This document shows positions 1 through 12,444 of a stretch of DNA of 64,000 nt, one piece after another. Below the pieces are notes generated by a model. That model searched no databases. It worked only from the letters and a program-made list of their open reading frames with translations, and was not told the DNA's origin. Source of the DNA: an uncultured Actinomycetes bacterium (GTDB lineage: Bacteria; Actinomycetota; Acidimicrobiia; Acidimicrobiales; JACCXE01); contig CAVRKD010000004.1 in assembly GCA_963722185.1 (NCBI GenBank), positions 130,918 to 194,917 on the forward strand. Direction: 5' to 3'. Numbering within the stretch: the first letter of the stretch is position 1; every line of letters begins with the position of its first letter. The position numbers and the translations under genes are program-made.

Positions 1-137
1 GATGGAACAGCAGGGCCTCGGCGACGAAGCGCGGCTCGTGTTCATCACCCACGTCGCCCGCGAGGCCGATGTGCAAGCCACCCTCGACGACCTGCGCGCG
101 CTCGACGCCGTCCGCAGCATCGGCGGGTTACTGCGAG

Positions 138-157
<20 letters not shown>
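1..157 (+). CDS. hom: homoserine dehydrogenase, C-terminal fragment (gene begins upstream of window)
   Basis: Open frame from window edge to TAA 155-157. The tail [40 protein letters not shown] looks like the ACT-domain end of Hom. hom/thrC neighbourhood; 20-nt tail-to-tail overlap with thrC. Confidence 0.7.
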
Positions 158-1467
<1,310 letters not shown>

Positions 1468-1479
1468 CCCTCGACCGTA

Positions 1480-2028
1480 TTAGGTCACAGGTGGCACGTC
1501 GGAATGATTAGCGCCGCACATGAACACCGCCAGGCGAGCGATCGTCGTGCCGGGGTTGTGCCAGCGATGCCGGGTGCCGTTCTGCACGACCGTGTCGCCC
1601 GGGTGCAACGTGACCTTTTCCCCGTCGTCGAGTTCGAGCACGACCGTGCCCTCGAGGACGATCTCGAAGTCGATGGTGTCGGTCGTATGCATGCCCGGAT
1701 CTGACCGGTCCATGTAGCGCATCATCCCCGGCATGCCCTGCTCCATGTCGGCCAATGCCGCGGGGATGTCGAGGTCGGCCGGAGCTTCGGATCCCTCGGC
1801 CGGAAGGCTGAACAGGCCGAAGCGGAACCCGCCGACGGGGGGAAAGTAGGTGTGGTGGTCGGGCAGCGATCCGTCGCCCGGGAAGGTCGAAGTCGCGTCG
1901 CCTCCCCACAGCCGGTGGAATTCGGCGCTCGGCATCAGCATTGGCTGAATTGGCGCAACTGCCTCGTCGCTGACGAAAATCGACTTCCCATTGGCGTCAT
2001 GACCGGTAACGACTCGTCGTACGTTCAT
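1480..2028 (-). CDS. cupin domain protein
   Basis: 182-aa ORF. The C-terminal beta-barrel signature (VTLHPGDTVVQNGTRHRWHN) is typical of cupins. Confidence 0.65.
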   Translation of the reverse strand: MNVRRVVTGHDANGKSIFVSDEAVAPIQPMLMPSAEFHRLWGGDATSTFPGDGSLPDHHTYFPPVGGFRFGLFSLPAEGSEAPADLDIPAALADMEQGMPGMMRYMDRSDPGMHTTDTIDFEIVLEGTVVLELDDGEKVTLHPGDTVVQNGTRHRWHNPGTTIARLAVFMCGANHSDVPPVT

Positions 2029-2252
2029 AGGGAATTAGTCAAGCAGTACGGCTGTTGTGCCTGCTGGTGCGTGTCTTTGGCGTACTGGTGATAATGTGGC
2101 AGCGCACCGACCGCCGGAACTTTGGTTCCAATGAAGTAGCGGAAGTGCTCCCGATTCCGCCACTTTGGCGAAGTTCTTGCCCAGGTGGCATCTGGTTGTG
2201 TTCCTCGGCGGTTTCCGTGGACCCGACCTGTCCCAATTAAGTGAGGTAATCA

Positions 2253-4160
<1,908 letters not shown>

Positions 4161-4174
4161 AGGGAGATACGAAC

Positions 4175-4396
4175 ATGGCAAAAGCAGGCATCCATCCCGA
4201 TTACGTCGAGGCGACGGTTACATGCTCGTGCGGCAACACCTTCACCACGCGCTCGACCAAGAACGAGCTGCACGCCGAACTGTGCAACGCCTGCCACCCG
4301 TTCTATACGGGCAAGCAGAAGCTGGTCGACACCGGCGGCCGCGTCGAGCGCTTCCAGCGCCGGTACGGCCGGCAGGGTTCCAAGAAAGAGAGCTAG
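4175..4396 (+). CDS. rpmE: 50S ribosomal protein L31
   Basis: 73 aa, [10 protein letters not shown]...CSCG...[12 protein letters not shown], the zinc-ribbon type L31. Confidence 0.95.
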   Translation: MAKAGIHPDYVEATVTCSCGNTFTTRSTKNELHAELCNACHPFYTGKQKLVDTGGRVERFQRRYGRQGSKKES

Positions 4397-5359
4397 GTGT
4401 CGCTCGACCCAACACGTCGAGCTGCCCTGAACCTCGCAAAATTGAAGGTCCTGGCCACCTCGGCTGGGGCGGACGGATTGACGCCGCTGGGGTTTCCCGG
4501 CGGCGCCGCCGCGTCCGGCGACGGAACATTGTGGGTGCTCGGCGACGATCTCCGTGTCGGCACCCTCGGCGGGGCCTTATCCGTCGCCCTGAAGGGCGAC
4601 GGCTCGCGTCATCTCATCGTGATCGTCGATGACGCCGGCGACGCGGGTGTTATCGCCCGCCGGGCTAGCTACTTCGCGCAACCAGCTCGCATCGAGGCCG
4701 CGTCCGTCGACGGCACCAGCCTGACTTTCTGCGGCCCAGCGACACCTGCGGTCCCTGAGCCGCAGAAAGTCGTCGCGGTTGACGTGCCTGAAGGCGTCGA
4801 TCTCGTGCACGAGCACGGCGTCACGTCATTCGAAGTGCGGGGGTTGGAGATCGGCCGCATCGAGGACGGGGAGCTGGCGGTGGGGGTCGGCAAGCACGAC
4901 CGCGAGGGTCACCGCATGGCAAACGCCGATCAGGATCCTCTCGAGGCCCTACGCGCCCTCGCCGAACGCGTGCGGATCGAGCGAACCGCCGATGCGCCCG
5001 GTGGGCTGATGACGAGTGTCGGCCGCGAGCGGTGGCTGCGATCCATCGTCGTCGCGCGACCAGAACTTGTCGGCGCCACGCAGCTCACGCCGGTGGCGCC
5101 GCCGCTACGGCGCGACGACCTCCGTGCAATGGCGATCGCCCCTGCCGTTGGCGACAACCTGGTCGTGGCGTGCTCAGTAGGCGTGTACGCCGACCTGGTT
5201 CCATCGGCGGCGGACGTGCGCGGTGACAGCGACGCCGAACTCGTCATCGTCGTACCGGAAGCCGACGCGTTGCCGAACACCCACCGCCTCGCCGCCGCGT
5301 TGAAACAGCCGGCGCGGATCGTCACGGTTCCGGCTAACTGGCCCGCTCTGGGAGACTGA
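4397..5359 (+). CDS. hypothetical protein (between rpmE and prfA)
   Basis: 320-aa ORF. GTG start abuts the rpmE stop. Coding-like codon bias. No family recognised. Confidence 0.55.
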   Translation: MSLDPTRRAALNLAKLKVLATSAGADGLTPLGFPGGAAASGDGTLWVLGDDLRVGTLGGALSVALKGDGSRHLIVIVDDAGDAGVIARRASYFAQPARIEAASVDGTSLTFCGPATPAVPEPQKVVAVDVPEGVDLVHEHGVTSFEVRGLEIGRIEDGELAVGVGKHDREGHRMANADQDPLEALRALAERVRIERTADAPGGLMTSVGRERWLRSIVVARPELVGATQLTPVAPPLRRDDLRAMAIAPAVGDNLVVACSVGVYADLVPSAADVRGDSDAELVIVVPEADALPNTHRLAAALKQPARIVTVPANWPALGD

Positions 5360-5363
5360 CTCC

Positions 5364-6428
5364 GTGCGCGACCGCCTGAGGATGCTGGAGGAGGAGTACC
5401 AGGACGTCGAAACGCGCCTGTCCGCACCCGACGTCGCCAGCGATCCGAAGGTGCTGCGCGACCTCTCGCGTCGCCACAAGGAACTCGAAGCCGTCGTCAA
5501 CGCGTTTCGCGCCTACGAGCAGGCACAGAGCGATCTCGAGGCGGCGAAGGAGATGCTCACCGACGCGACGGGCGACGATCGCGACGTCATGCGCGCCGAA
5601 GTCGAGAACGCCGAGGCGCGCATCGAGGCGCTCGACGCCGAGCTCAAGATCCTCCTGCTTCCATCCGACCCGAATGCCGGGCGCAACGTGATCGTGGAGA
5701 TCCGGGGCGCCGAGGGGGGCGAAGAGGCGAATCTCTGGGCCAAAGACCTCTTCGACATGTACACCCGCTACGCCGACCGCATGAAGTGGAAGGTCGAAGT
5801 GCTGGGTGCCGACGCGTCGCCCAAGGGGGGCGTGAACGAGGTGGCGTTCCTCGTCAAGGGTGAGAACGTGTGGACCCGCATGAAGTTCGAAGGCGGACCG
5901 CACCGCGTGCAGCGCGTGCCGGCCACCGAAAGCCAAGGCCGCATCCATACGTCTGCCGCCACGGTCACCGTGCTGCCCGAAGCCGAAGAGATCGACGTGC
6001 AGATCGAAGAGAAGGACCTCAAGGTCGACGTGTACCGCTCGACGGGCCCCGGCGGCCAGTCGGTCAACACGACGGACTCGGCTGTGCGCATCACGCACAT
6101 CCCGACGGGCATCGTCGTGGCCATGCAGGACGAGAAGAGTCAAATCCAGAACCGCGCCAAGGCGATGCAGGTCCTCCGCGCCCGCATGCTCAAGGCCGAA
6201 CAAGACCGCGCCGAGGCTGAGATGTCCGACGCGCGGCGCGCCCAGGTCGGAGGCGGTGGTCGCGGCGAGAAGATCCGCACGTACAACTACAAGGAGAACC
6301 GCGTCACCGATCACCGCATCGGGCTGACGTTGTACAAGCTCGACCGCGTCCTGATGGGTGAGCTCGAAGAAGTGAGCGACGCGCTCGTCAACGACGAACG
6401 CGCGCGCCAACTCGCCGGTGACGCCTAG
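5364..6428 (+). CDS. prfA: peptide chain release factor 1
   Basis: 354 aa. GGQ motif (STGPGGQSVNTTDSAVRITH). RF1-type domain order. Confidence 0.95.
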   Translation: MRDRLRMLEEEYQDVETRLSAPDVASDPKVLRDLSRRHKELEAVVNAFRAYEQAQSDLEAAKEMLTDATGDDRDVMRAEVENAEARIEALDAELKILLLPSDPNAGRNVIVEIRGAEGGEEANLWAKDLFDMYTRYADRMKWKVEVLGADASPKGGVNEVAFLVKGENVWTRMKFEGGPHRVQRVPATESQGRIHTSAATVTVLPEAEEIDVQIEEKDLKVDVYRSTGPGGQSVNTTDSAVRITHIPTGIVVAMQDEKSQIQNRAKAMQVLRARMLKAEQDRAEAEMSDARRAQVGGGGRGEKIRTYNYKENRVTDHRIGLTLYKLDRVLMGELEEVSDALVNDERARQLAGDA

Positions 6429-7269
6429 AACGTGGCGCGAGGCGATCGCGGAGGCGACCGCGCAGGTCGGTGAACGCGACGCCCGCCTCGTCGTCGGCCA
6501 CGTCGCGGACTGGAAGCCCGCGGAGCTGGCGCTCAACGCCGACGAACCCGTCAACGAAAAGTGCCAAGCCTCGATCGACGCCCGCGTCGCCCGCCGAGCG
6601 GCGGGGGAGCCGCTGCAGTACGTGCTCGGGTCATGGGGCTTCCGTCACCTGGATCTCTATGTCGACCGTCGCGTGCTGATCCCGCGTCCGGAGACCGAGG
6701 TTGTCGTCGACGTCGCGCTCGCCGCGCTCCGCGCGTTGCGCGTCGAGGGCGACGCGCCGCTCGTGGTGGACCTCGGCACGGGATCCGGGGCCATCGCACT
6801 CGCCATCGCCACCGAGGTCCCAGACGCGTACGTGTGGGCCACCGACGCGTCGGCCGATGCCCTCGACGTGGCTCGCCTGAACCTGATCGGGCTCGGTCAA
6901 GCGGCGGTCGGCCGCGTCGAGCTCAAAGAAGGCGACTGGTTCAACGCATTGCCGGACGCACTAATGGGCATGCTCACGGCTGTGGTCAGCAACCCGCCCT
7001 ATGTGCGCGACACCGACGTCCTGCCCGCCGAGGTCGCCGAGTGGGAACCGGTGGGCGCGCTGCGCGCCGGTCCCGCCGGACTCGACGACATCGAGCGCAT
7101 CGTGCACGCCGCGCCGCTGTGGCTGGCGCGGCCGGGAGCGCTCGTGCTCGAGCACGCCCCCGATCAGGGCGAGGCCGTCACTGCGCTCTGCAACGCCGCT
7201 GGCGCCGAGATCGTGTCGACCCACCCTGATCTTGTCGGCCGTCCCCGCTGCACGGTGGCCAAGTGGTAA
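6418..7269 (+). CDS. prmC: release-factor glutamine N5-methyltransferase
   Basis: 283 aa. SAM site DLGTGSGAIA and NPPY motif (VVSNPPYV). Overlaps the prfA end by 11 nt. Confidence 0.9.
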   Translation: MTPRTWREAIAEATAQVGERDARLVVGHVADWKPAELALNADEPVNEKCQASIDARVARRAAGEPLQYVLGSWGFRHLDLYVDRRVLIPRPETEVVVDVALAALRALRVEGDAPLVVDLGTGSGAIALAIATEVPDAYVWATDASADALDVARLNLIGLGQAAVGRVELKEGDWFNALPDALMGMLTAVVSNPPYVRDTDVLPAEVAEWEPVGALRAGPAGLDDIERIVHAAPLWLARPGALVLEHAPDQGEAVTALCNAAGAEIVSTHPDLVGRPRCTVAKW

Positions 7270-7817
7270 TCGACGAGCACGAAGCCATCGATCGGCTTGC
7301 CCGCGGAGAAGTCGTCGCGCTCCCGACCGACACCGTGTACGGGTTGGCCGTCGCGCTGAACGTGCCGGACGCGACCACGGCGCTGTTCGAACTCAAGGAG
7401 CGGCCCACCAGCGTGGCGTTGCCCGTGCTGATCGCCGAACCGACCGACGCCGGTGCCTACGCGTTGTTCGCCGTCGACCTCACGCGGCATTGGCCGGGTG
7501 CTCTAACGATCGTCGGCGCGCGGACAGCGCTGTCGGAGGACTGGGACCTCGGCGGCGACGACCAAACCGTCGGGCTGCGTTGCCCGGACGACCCTGCGGT
7601 GCGCCGCATCGCCACCATGGTGGGACCGCTGGCGTGCACGAGCGCCAACAAGCACGGCGACGAGTCGTGCACGACCGCGAGCGAAGTCGAAGACGCGTTC
7701 GGTGACGCTATCGCCGTGCTCGACGGTGGCGTCCGCGATGCCGAACCGTCCACCGTGGTGGACGCGACCACGCTGGCCACGCGCGTCCTGCGCGAAGGCC
7801 CCGTCGTTATCGACTGA
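7263..7817 (+). CDS. tsaC: L-threonylcarbamoyladenylate synthase (YrdC/TsaC family)
   Basis: 184 aa. PTDTVYGLAV and TSANKHG motifs of the YrdC/Sua5 domain. Conserved position after prmC. Confidence 0.8.
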   Translation: MVIDEHEAIDRLARGEVVALPTDTVYGLAVALNVPDATTALFELKERPTSVALPVLIAEPTDAGAYALFAVDLTRHWPGALTIVGARTALSEDWDLGGDDQTVGLRCPDDPAVRRIATMVGPLACTSANKHGDESCTTASEVEDAFGDAIAVLDGGVRDAEPSTVVDATTLATRVLREGPVVID

Positions 7818-9309
7818 TCGCGCGCTCCTTCACGGACACGGAAGCGCCGAACACGTCGTGCTGCGACTCGAGCCACGCCATCGTGTCGGCGTCTGTTGCG
7901 TTGGCCCACGTGCGGGCACCATCGGGCGTGCGCAGCGCGATCGTGCCCATTGCCGGTGAGCCGTCGCGCTCGTGCATGACCACGAAGGTCTCGACCGTCG
8001 CCCGTCCTTCGTACTCGTCGACCAGCTTGGTTTGCGGTGTGGTGTTCAATTCCGGTTGTGGGTTCGCCGGACAGAACGGGTTCGTCGGCGGCGTGCTGGC
8101 ATAGATACCGAGTGAGTGCTTGGTGGAGAACCAACCGTTCGCCGTGACGAGACCGACGCCGCCTTCGGCGCGGATGCGGTCGACCATCGACGCGATGCCG
8201 TGGGTCGAGTAGTTGTTGCCCGGTCCGCCGAAGAACACCAAGCCGCCGGTCTGGGTGAGGGGACGCGGATCGGAGAACGGGTCGACGCCCATCGCGTTGG
8301 CGCTCATCTGCACCATGCACGGGAAGCACGAATAGATCTCGATGTGGTCGACGTCGTCCATGCCGATGCCGGCGAGCGACAGCGCGTGCTTGGCGTTGAG
8401 GCCAACCGCGGGCGACGTGTGCAGGTTGTCGCGCTCGGACACGAACCAGTGGTCGTTGCAGTCGGAGCCCGACCACGGGAAGACCCAGCGGTCCTCGGGG
8501 ATGCCGGCGGCCTGCGCCGTCTCGACCGAGCAGAGCAGCACGGCGGCCGCCTGGTCGACCTGCATGTTGGCGCACTGGTACTTCGTGTACGGGAACCCGA
8601 CATAGCGGTTGTCGTCGGACGGAGTGCGGATCTCCTCGGCGGTCATCGGCTCCGGCGACCACGCGTAGGGGTTGGCCTGCGCGACCTCGTTGAACCGCGC
8701 CCACATCTCCGAGACCTTGACGCCGTGGCCCTCCGGTCCGTCGGGTGACTGGCCGCGCAGGGCGTTCTCGAAGAGCGGATACATCTGGGTCGGGATCATC
8801 AGGCCGACGGAGGTCTCCACGTCGTGGGAGCCGCTGCGGTCTGAACCGACGATCTCGGCCATCGGCGCTTCGCTCTCGGCGGAGTTCCACGGCAGTTGGT
8901 AACCCGCCTGCCCGGCGCGGCGGCGCGTGAGAAAGGCCTCGGCGCCGGCGATCAACACGGAATCGAAGCGGCCCTCGAGGATGTCGGCGGCCGCGCTGTT
9001 CATCAACATCTGCGGGCTGTTGCCGCCAGTCGTGGACTGCTGGAACTGCCGCGGCGTGGCGTCGATGGCGGCGGCGAGCGCCCCCGCCGGGTGCTGCAGT
9101 CGCCACGACATGATCGCCACGGTCCGCACCGACTGCACCGAGGCCAGGAACTTCGCCGGGTTGGAGGCGCCGGAGTCCTCGGCGGCGGTTCTGGCGGCGT
9201 CGGCCATCATGGCGATGGTGTCGCCGATGCCCTCCAAGTCGTGGACGGTCGGCTTGCGGGTGAGCTGGCCAACGCCAACGACAACGGGGGTTCTCGGGTC
9301 AAGCGCCAT
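7807..9309 (-). CDS. thiolase-fold protein (acetyl-CoA acetyltransferase-like)
   Basis: 500-aa ORF with thiolase-like N- and C-domains (VVVGVGQ..., ...FFGGPGNNYSTHGIA). Exact activity not assignable. Confidence 0.6.
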   Translation of the reverse strand: MALDPRTPVVVGVGQLTRKPTVHDLEGIGDTIAMMADAARTAAEDSGASNPAKFLASVQSVRTVAIMSWRLQHPAGALAAAIDATPRQFQQSTTGGNSPQMLMNSAAADILEGRFDSVLIAGAEAFLTRRRAGQAGYQLPWNSAESEAPMAEIVGSDRSGSHDVETSVGLMIPTQMYPLFENALRGQSPDGPEGHGVKVSEMWARFNEVAQANPYAWSPEPMTAEEIRTPSDDNRYVGFPYTKYQCANMQVDQAAAVLLCSVETAQAAGIPEDRWVFPWSGSDCNDHWFVSERDNLHTSPAVGLNAKHALSLAGIGMDDVDHIEIYSCFPCMVQMSANAMGVDPFSDPRPLTQTGGLVFFGGPGNNYSTHGIASMVDRIRAEGGVGLVTANGWFSTKHSLGIYASTPPTNPFCPANPQPELNTTPQTKLVDEYEGRATVETFVVMHERDGSPAMGTIALRTPDGARTWANATDADTMAWLESQHDVFGASVSVKERAISR

Positions 9310-9346
9310 TGCCAGAAGATAAGCGACGGACCTTTAGACTCGTCCG

Positions 9347-9899
9347 ATCGACGTCCTCATTCTCTGCACCGCCAACCAGTGCCGTTCCCCGATGGCCGAG
9401 GGGATTCTGCGTGCCCGCGCCGCTGAGTCCGGCCTCGACCTGACCGTGTCTTCGGCCGGGATCTACCAGGGCGGCGTCGCCGGCGACCGACTACGCCGTG
9501 ACCGTGTGCGCCGACCGCGGCGTCGACATCCGCGGGCACGTCAGCCGCCGCCTCGAGCGTTCCATGATCGAGCAGGCCGACCTCGTGCTCGCCATGACCC
9601 GCGAGCACCTGCGCGAGGCGGTCGTCGCCGTTCCCGACGCCTTCGACCGCACATTCACGCTGCGCGAGCTCGTGCGCCGCCTCGGCGACGCGCCGAACGC
9701 CACGTTGGCGGAACTAGCCGCAGGCCGCGATCTGGCCGACTACGTCAAGGCGAACGCGGACGACGACGTCGCTGATCCCGTCGGCCAGTCGCGCAAGGTG
9801 TACGAGACCACCGTGTCGCAGCTCGACGGGCTGCTGTCGCGGCTCGTCGCTTGGATGCGAACGCTCGAACGCACCGACGAAGCCAAGGCGGCGTCGTAG
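9347..9899 (+). pseudogene. low-molecular-weight protein-tyrosine phosphatase family, +1 frame break near 9479 and no canonical start codon
   Basis: P-loop LILCTANQCRSPMAEG (CX5R-S) at 9356-9400. The downstream part (PATDYAVTVCADRGVDIRGH...LVLAMT...) is in the +1 frame. Only ATC/ATT codons lie between the in-frame TAG 9335 and the P-loop. Confidence 0.75.
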
Positions 9900-10344
9900 T
9901 GCGCGTCGCCATCGGGGCCGATCACGCGGGCTACGAGCTCAAGCAGACGCTCATCGCCGCGCTCGCAAGCCGCCGGCCACGACGTCGACGACAACGGCAC
10001 GCACAACACGGAGTCGACCGACTACCCGCCGATCTGCGCGGCCGTCGGCCGAGCCGTCGCCAGCGGCGACGCCGACCGCGGGAGTGGTCCTCGGCGGCAG
10101 CGGCCAGGGCGAGCAGATCGCCGCCAACAAGGTCAACGGCGTGCGGGCCGCGCTGTGCAACGACTTGTATCTCGCCCGCATGAGCCGCCAGCACAACGAC
10201 GCCAACGTGCTGGCTATCGGTGCCCGCGTCGTGGCCGCGCCGCTGGCCGAAGAGATCCTCACCTTGTGGTTGGCCACGCCGTTCGAGGCCGGTCGCCATG
10301 TGCCTCGTGTCGAACAGATCGCCGAGATAGAGAAGAGCAACTGA
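9899..10344 (+). pseudogene. rpiB: ribose-5-phosphate isomerase B, two +1 frame breaks (9968, 10083)
   Basis: Three frame segments together spell a canonical RpiB: VRVAIGADHAGYELKQTLIAALA / AAGHDVDDNGTHNTESTDYPPICAAVGRAVASGDADRG / VVLGGSGQGEQIAANKVNGVRAAL... GTG start overlaps the PTP stop (TAGTG). Confidence 0.9.
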
Positions 10345-11584
10345 TGGCAGACGAGAGTATTCGAACTGATCGCGCGCGAGAAGGAGCGTCAGATGACGAC
10401 GCTCCAGTTGATCGCGTCGGAGAACTTCACCTCCGAAGCGGTCATGGCGGCGACCGGCTCGGTGCTCACCAACAAGTACTCCGAGGGCTACCCGGGCAAG
10501 CGGTACTACGGCGGCAACACGGTGATCGACGAGGTCGAGGCCATCGCCATCGAACGCGTCAAGGCGCTGTTCGGCGACAGCGCGGCGCACGCCAACGTGC
10601 AGCCTCACTCGGGCGCCAACGCCAACGTCGCCGTGTACCTCGCCTTGCTGCAGCCGGGCGACACGGTCCTCGGCCTGAGCCTCGACCACGGCGGCCACCT
10701 CACGCACGGCAAAGACGTCAACATCTCGGGCCGGCTCTACAACTTCGTGCCCTACGGCCTGAGCGAGTCCGACGAGCGCCTCGACTACGACGCCATCGGC
10801 GCGCTCGCCGAGGAGCACCAACCCAAGATGATCGTGGCCGGAGCGACCGCGTACAGCCGCATCATCGAGCCCGAGCCGCTGCGCAAGATTTGCTGACTCG
10901 GTCGGAGCGCTCTTGATGTTCGACGCTGCTCACATCGCCGGCCTCATCGTCGGCGGCGCGCACCCGAACCCGATGCCGTACTCCGATGTCGTCACCTTCA
11001 CCACGCACAAGACGCTGCGCGGTCCCCGCGGCGGCTGCATCCTCAGTTCGTCCGCCGAGATCGGCAAGAAGATCGACTCAGCGGTCTTCCCCGGGTTGCA
11101 GGGCGGTCCGCTGGAGCACGTCATCGCCGCCAAGGCCGTCGCTTTCGCCGAAGCGGCGCGGCCCGAGTTCAAGGCGTACGCCCAGCAGATCGTGAAGAAC
11201 GCCCAGGCGCTCGCCGGCGCGCTGTCCAAGGAGGGCTTCCGCATCGTGTCGGGCGGGACCGACAACCACTTGATGCTGGTCGACCTGCGAACCTTCGACG
11301 ACGACCTCACCGGCAAGGTCGCCCAGGAGACGCTCGACAGCGCCGGCATCACGCTGAACAAGAACACCATTCCCGACGACCCGCGCTCACCGTTCGTCAC
11401 CTCGGGTTTGCGCATCGGCACCGCAGCGGTGACCACCACCGGCATGACCGAAGCCGAGATGCCCGTCATCGCGCGACTGATCGGCGAGGCCCTCAAGGGT
11501 CGCGAAGAACCGGACACGCTCGGCACGGTCCGCAAGGAAGTCAACGAGCTGTGCGCCAAGTTCCCGCCGTACCCCGCTAGCTAG
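10344..11584 (+). pseudogene. glyA: serine hydroxymethyltransferase, two +1 frame breaks (10356, ~10890)
   Basis: Three frame segments: MADE / [21 protein letters not shown]...PLRKI / [18 protein letters not shown]...[12 protein letters not shown] (PLP Lys). ATG overlaps the rpiB stop. Confidence 0.92.
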
Positions 11585-11590
11585 CGAGCT

Positions 11591-12280
11591 CTACTCACTC
11601 CAGGTCGAAGTCGTGTCGATGACGTCGCGCCACCAGGCGGCGGAGTCGGTCCAACCGGTCTCTTCGCAGAACGCCAGCACCTCGCCGCATTTGCGGATCA
11701 TCGTGGTGTGCCGTTCTTCCCAGCTCGGCCGCCAACCCGCACCTTCGAAGAGGGCGTCGAGGATGTCGACCCGATCCGCGTGGTGCATCCGCACGAGCCA
11801 CTCGGCAAAGGCGAGGTCGTCGACGGGCGCGCCGAGGCTCGCCGACTCCCAGTCGATCACTGCGGCCACTCGGTCGTTGGCGAGGTCGAACAGCATGTTC
11901 TGGGCGCCGAAATCGCCGTGGCAGATGACGGTGCCGTGGCCCGTGAGATCGACGACCGACGTGGGAACCGACTGCATGACTCGATGGGTCTCGCCGATCA
12001 GTCGCATGACTGTGTGCCCCTCGCCGCGTTCGATCAGATCTTGGCCATGCTCGCCGTCGACCCAACGGATCACCAAGCGCGGCTCATCCAGGTCGCTCTC
12101 CACGACTTGGGGAACGGGCAACACGCCGGCCAACGCCGTCAGGCACGCGACCTCGCGGCGAGCGTTGTCGAAACGGCGCGATCCGAGGTATCTCTTCTCG
12201 ACCAGGTCGTCGCCGACGCGGCGGGTCGCGTTCGTGTAGCCGTGGGGAAGCTTCTCGTCGGAGCGAGTCGACTCGGTCAC
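11591..12280 (-). CDS. phosphotransferase (APH / choline-kinase family)
   Basis: Kinase-like motifs ICHGDFGAQN and VIDWES. GTG 12280 chosen as start. The longest ORF runs to 12400 through the repeat motif. Substrate unknown. Confidence 0.65.
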   Translation of the reverse strand: MTESTRSDEKLPHGYTNATRRVGDDLVEKRYLGSRRFDNARREVACLTALAGVLPVPQVVESDLDEPRLVIRWVDGEHGQDLIERGEGHTVMRLIGETHRVMQSVPTSVVDLTGHGTVICHGDFGAQNMLFDLANDRVAAVIDWESASLGAPVDDLAFAEWLVRMHHADRVDILDALFEGAGWRPSWEERHTTMIRKCGEVLAFCEETGWTDSAAWWRDVIDTTSTWSE

Positions 12281-12347
12281 CCGCTGAACTTCGCACGTCG
12301 CTCTGGGAGTTGCGAGCGGAAATGCCGTTCGGACGCGCCACGATGGG

Positions 12348-12417
12348 GGTTGGTGGCACGAGAAGCGTGCGATCGGCGACGAGACTTTCGGATCACACAC
12401 TTCTCAGGGCGTCTAAC
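12348..12417 (+). repeat. copy A of tripartite intergenic motif (GGTT-8nt-GCACGAGAAGCGTGC-21nt-ATCACAC-15nt-TAAC)
   Basis: Direct reading of the sequence. Same blocks and spacing as at 24712-24783 and on the reverse strand at 52205-52276. Confidence 0.85.
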
Positions 12418-12444
12418 AATCAGCACGGCCGCCGGTCGTCGCGG

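Noticed and set aside
5364-6428. Release-factor programmed +1 frameshift site
   Set aside because: That mechanism belongs to prfB (RF2). This gene is prfA (RF1) and is a single uninterrupted ORF.
12355-12362. GGCACGAG resembles the well-known cDNA-cloning adaptor tail, which raises the possibility of vector or adaptor contamination
   Set aside because: The octamer is embedded in a longer conserved motif present three times, once inverted, within native-looking intergenic DNA. There is no adjoining EcoRI half-site or vector sequence.
12348-12417. The three-copy motif as a conserved small peptide or N-terminal extension. The variable spacers of 21 and 15 nt are multiples of 3. The reverse-strand frame gives C-D-x7/8-R-F-S-C, in frame with the APH-like ORF. 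At copy C it is in frame with the MFS gene but separated from it by TGA.
   Set aside because: Only copy A has any start codon. Copy C has a 16-nt spacer that breaks the frame, and copy B has no downstream gene. Several frames look equally 'conserved' simply because the nucleotide blocks are identical. I kept this as a caveat, not as a call.
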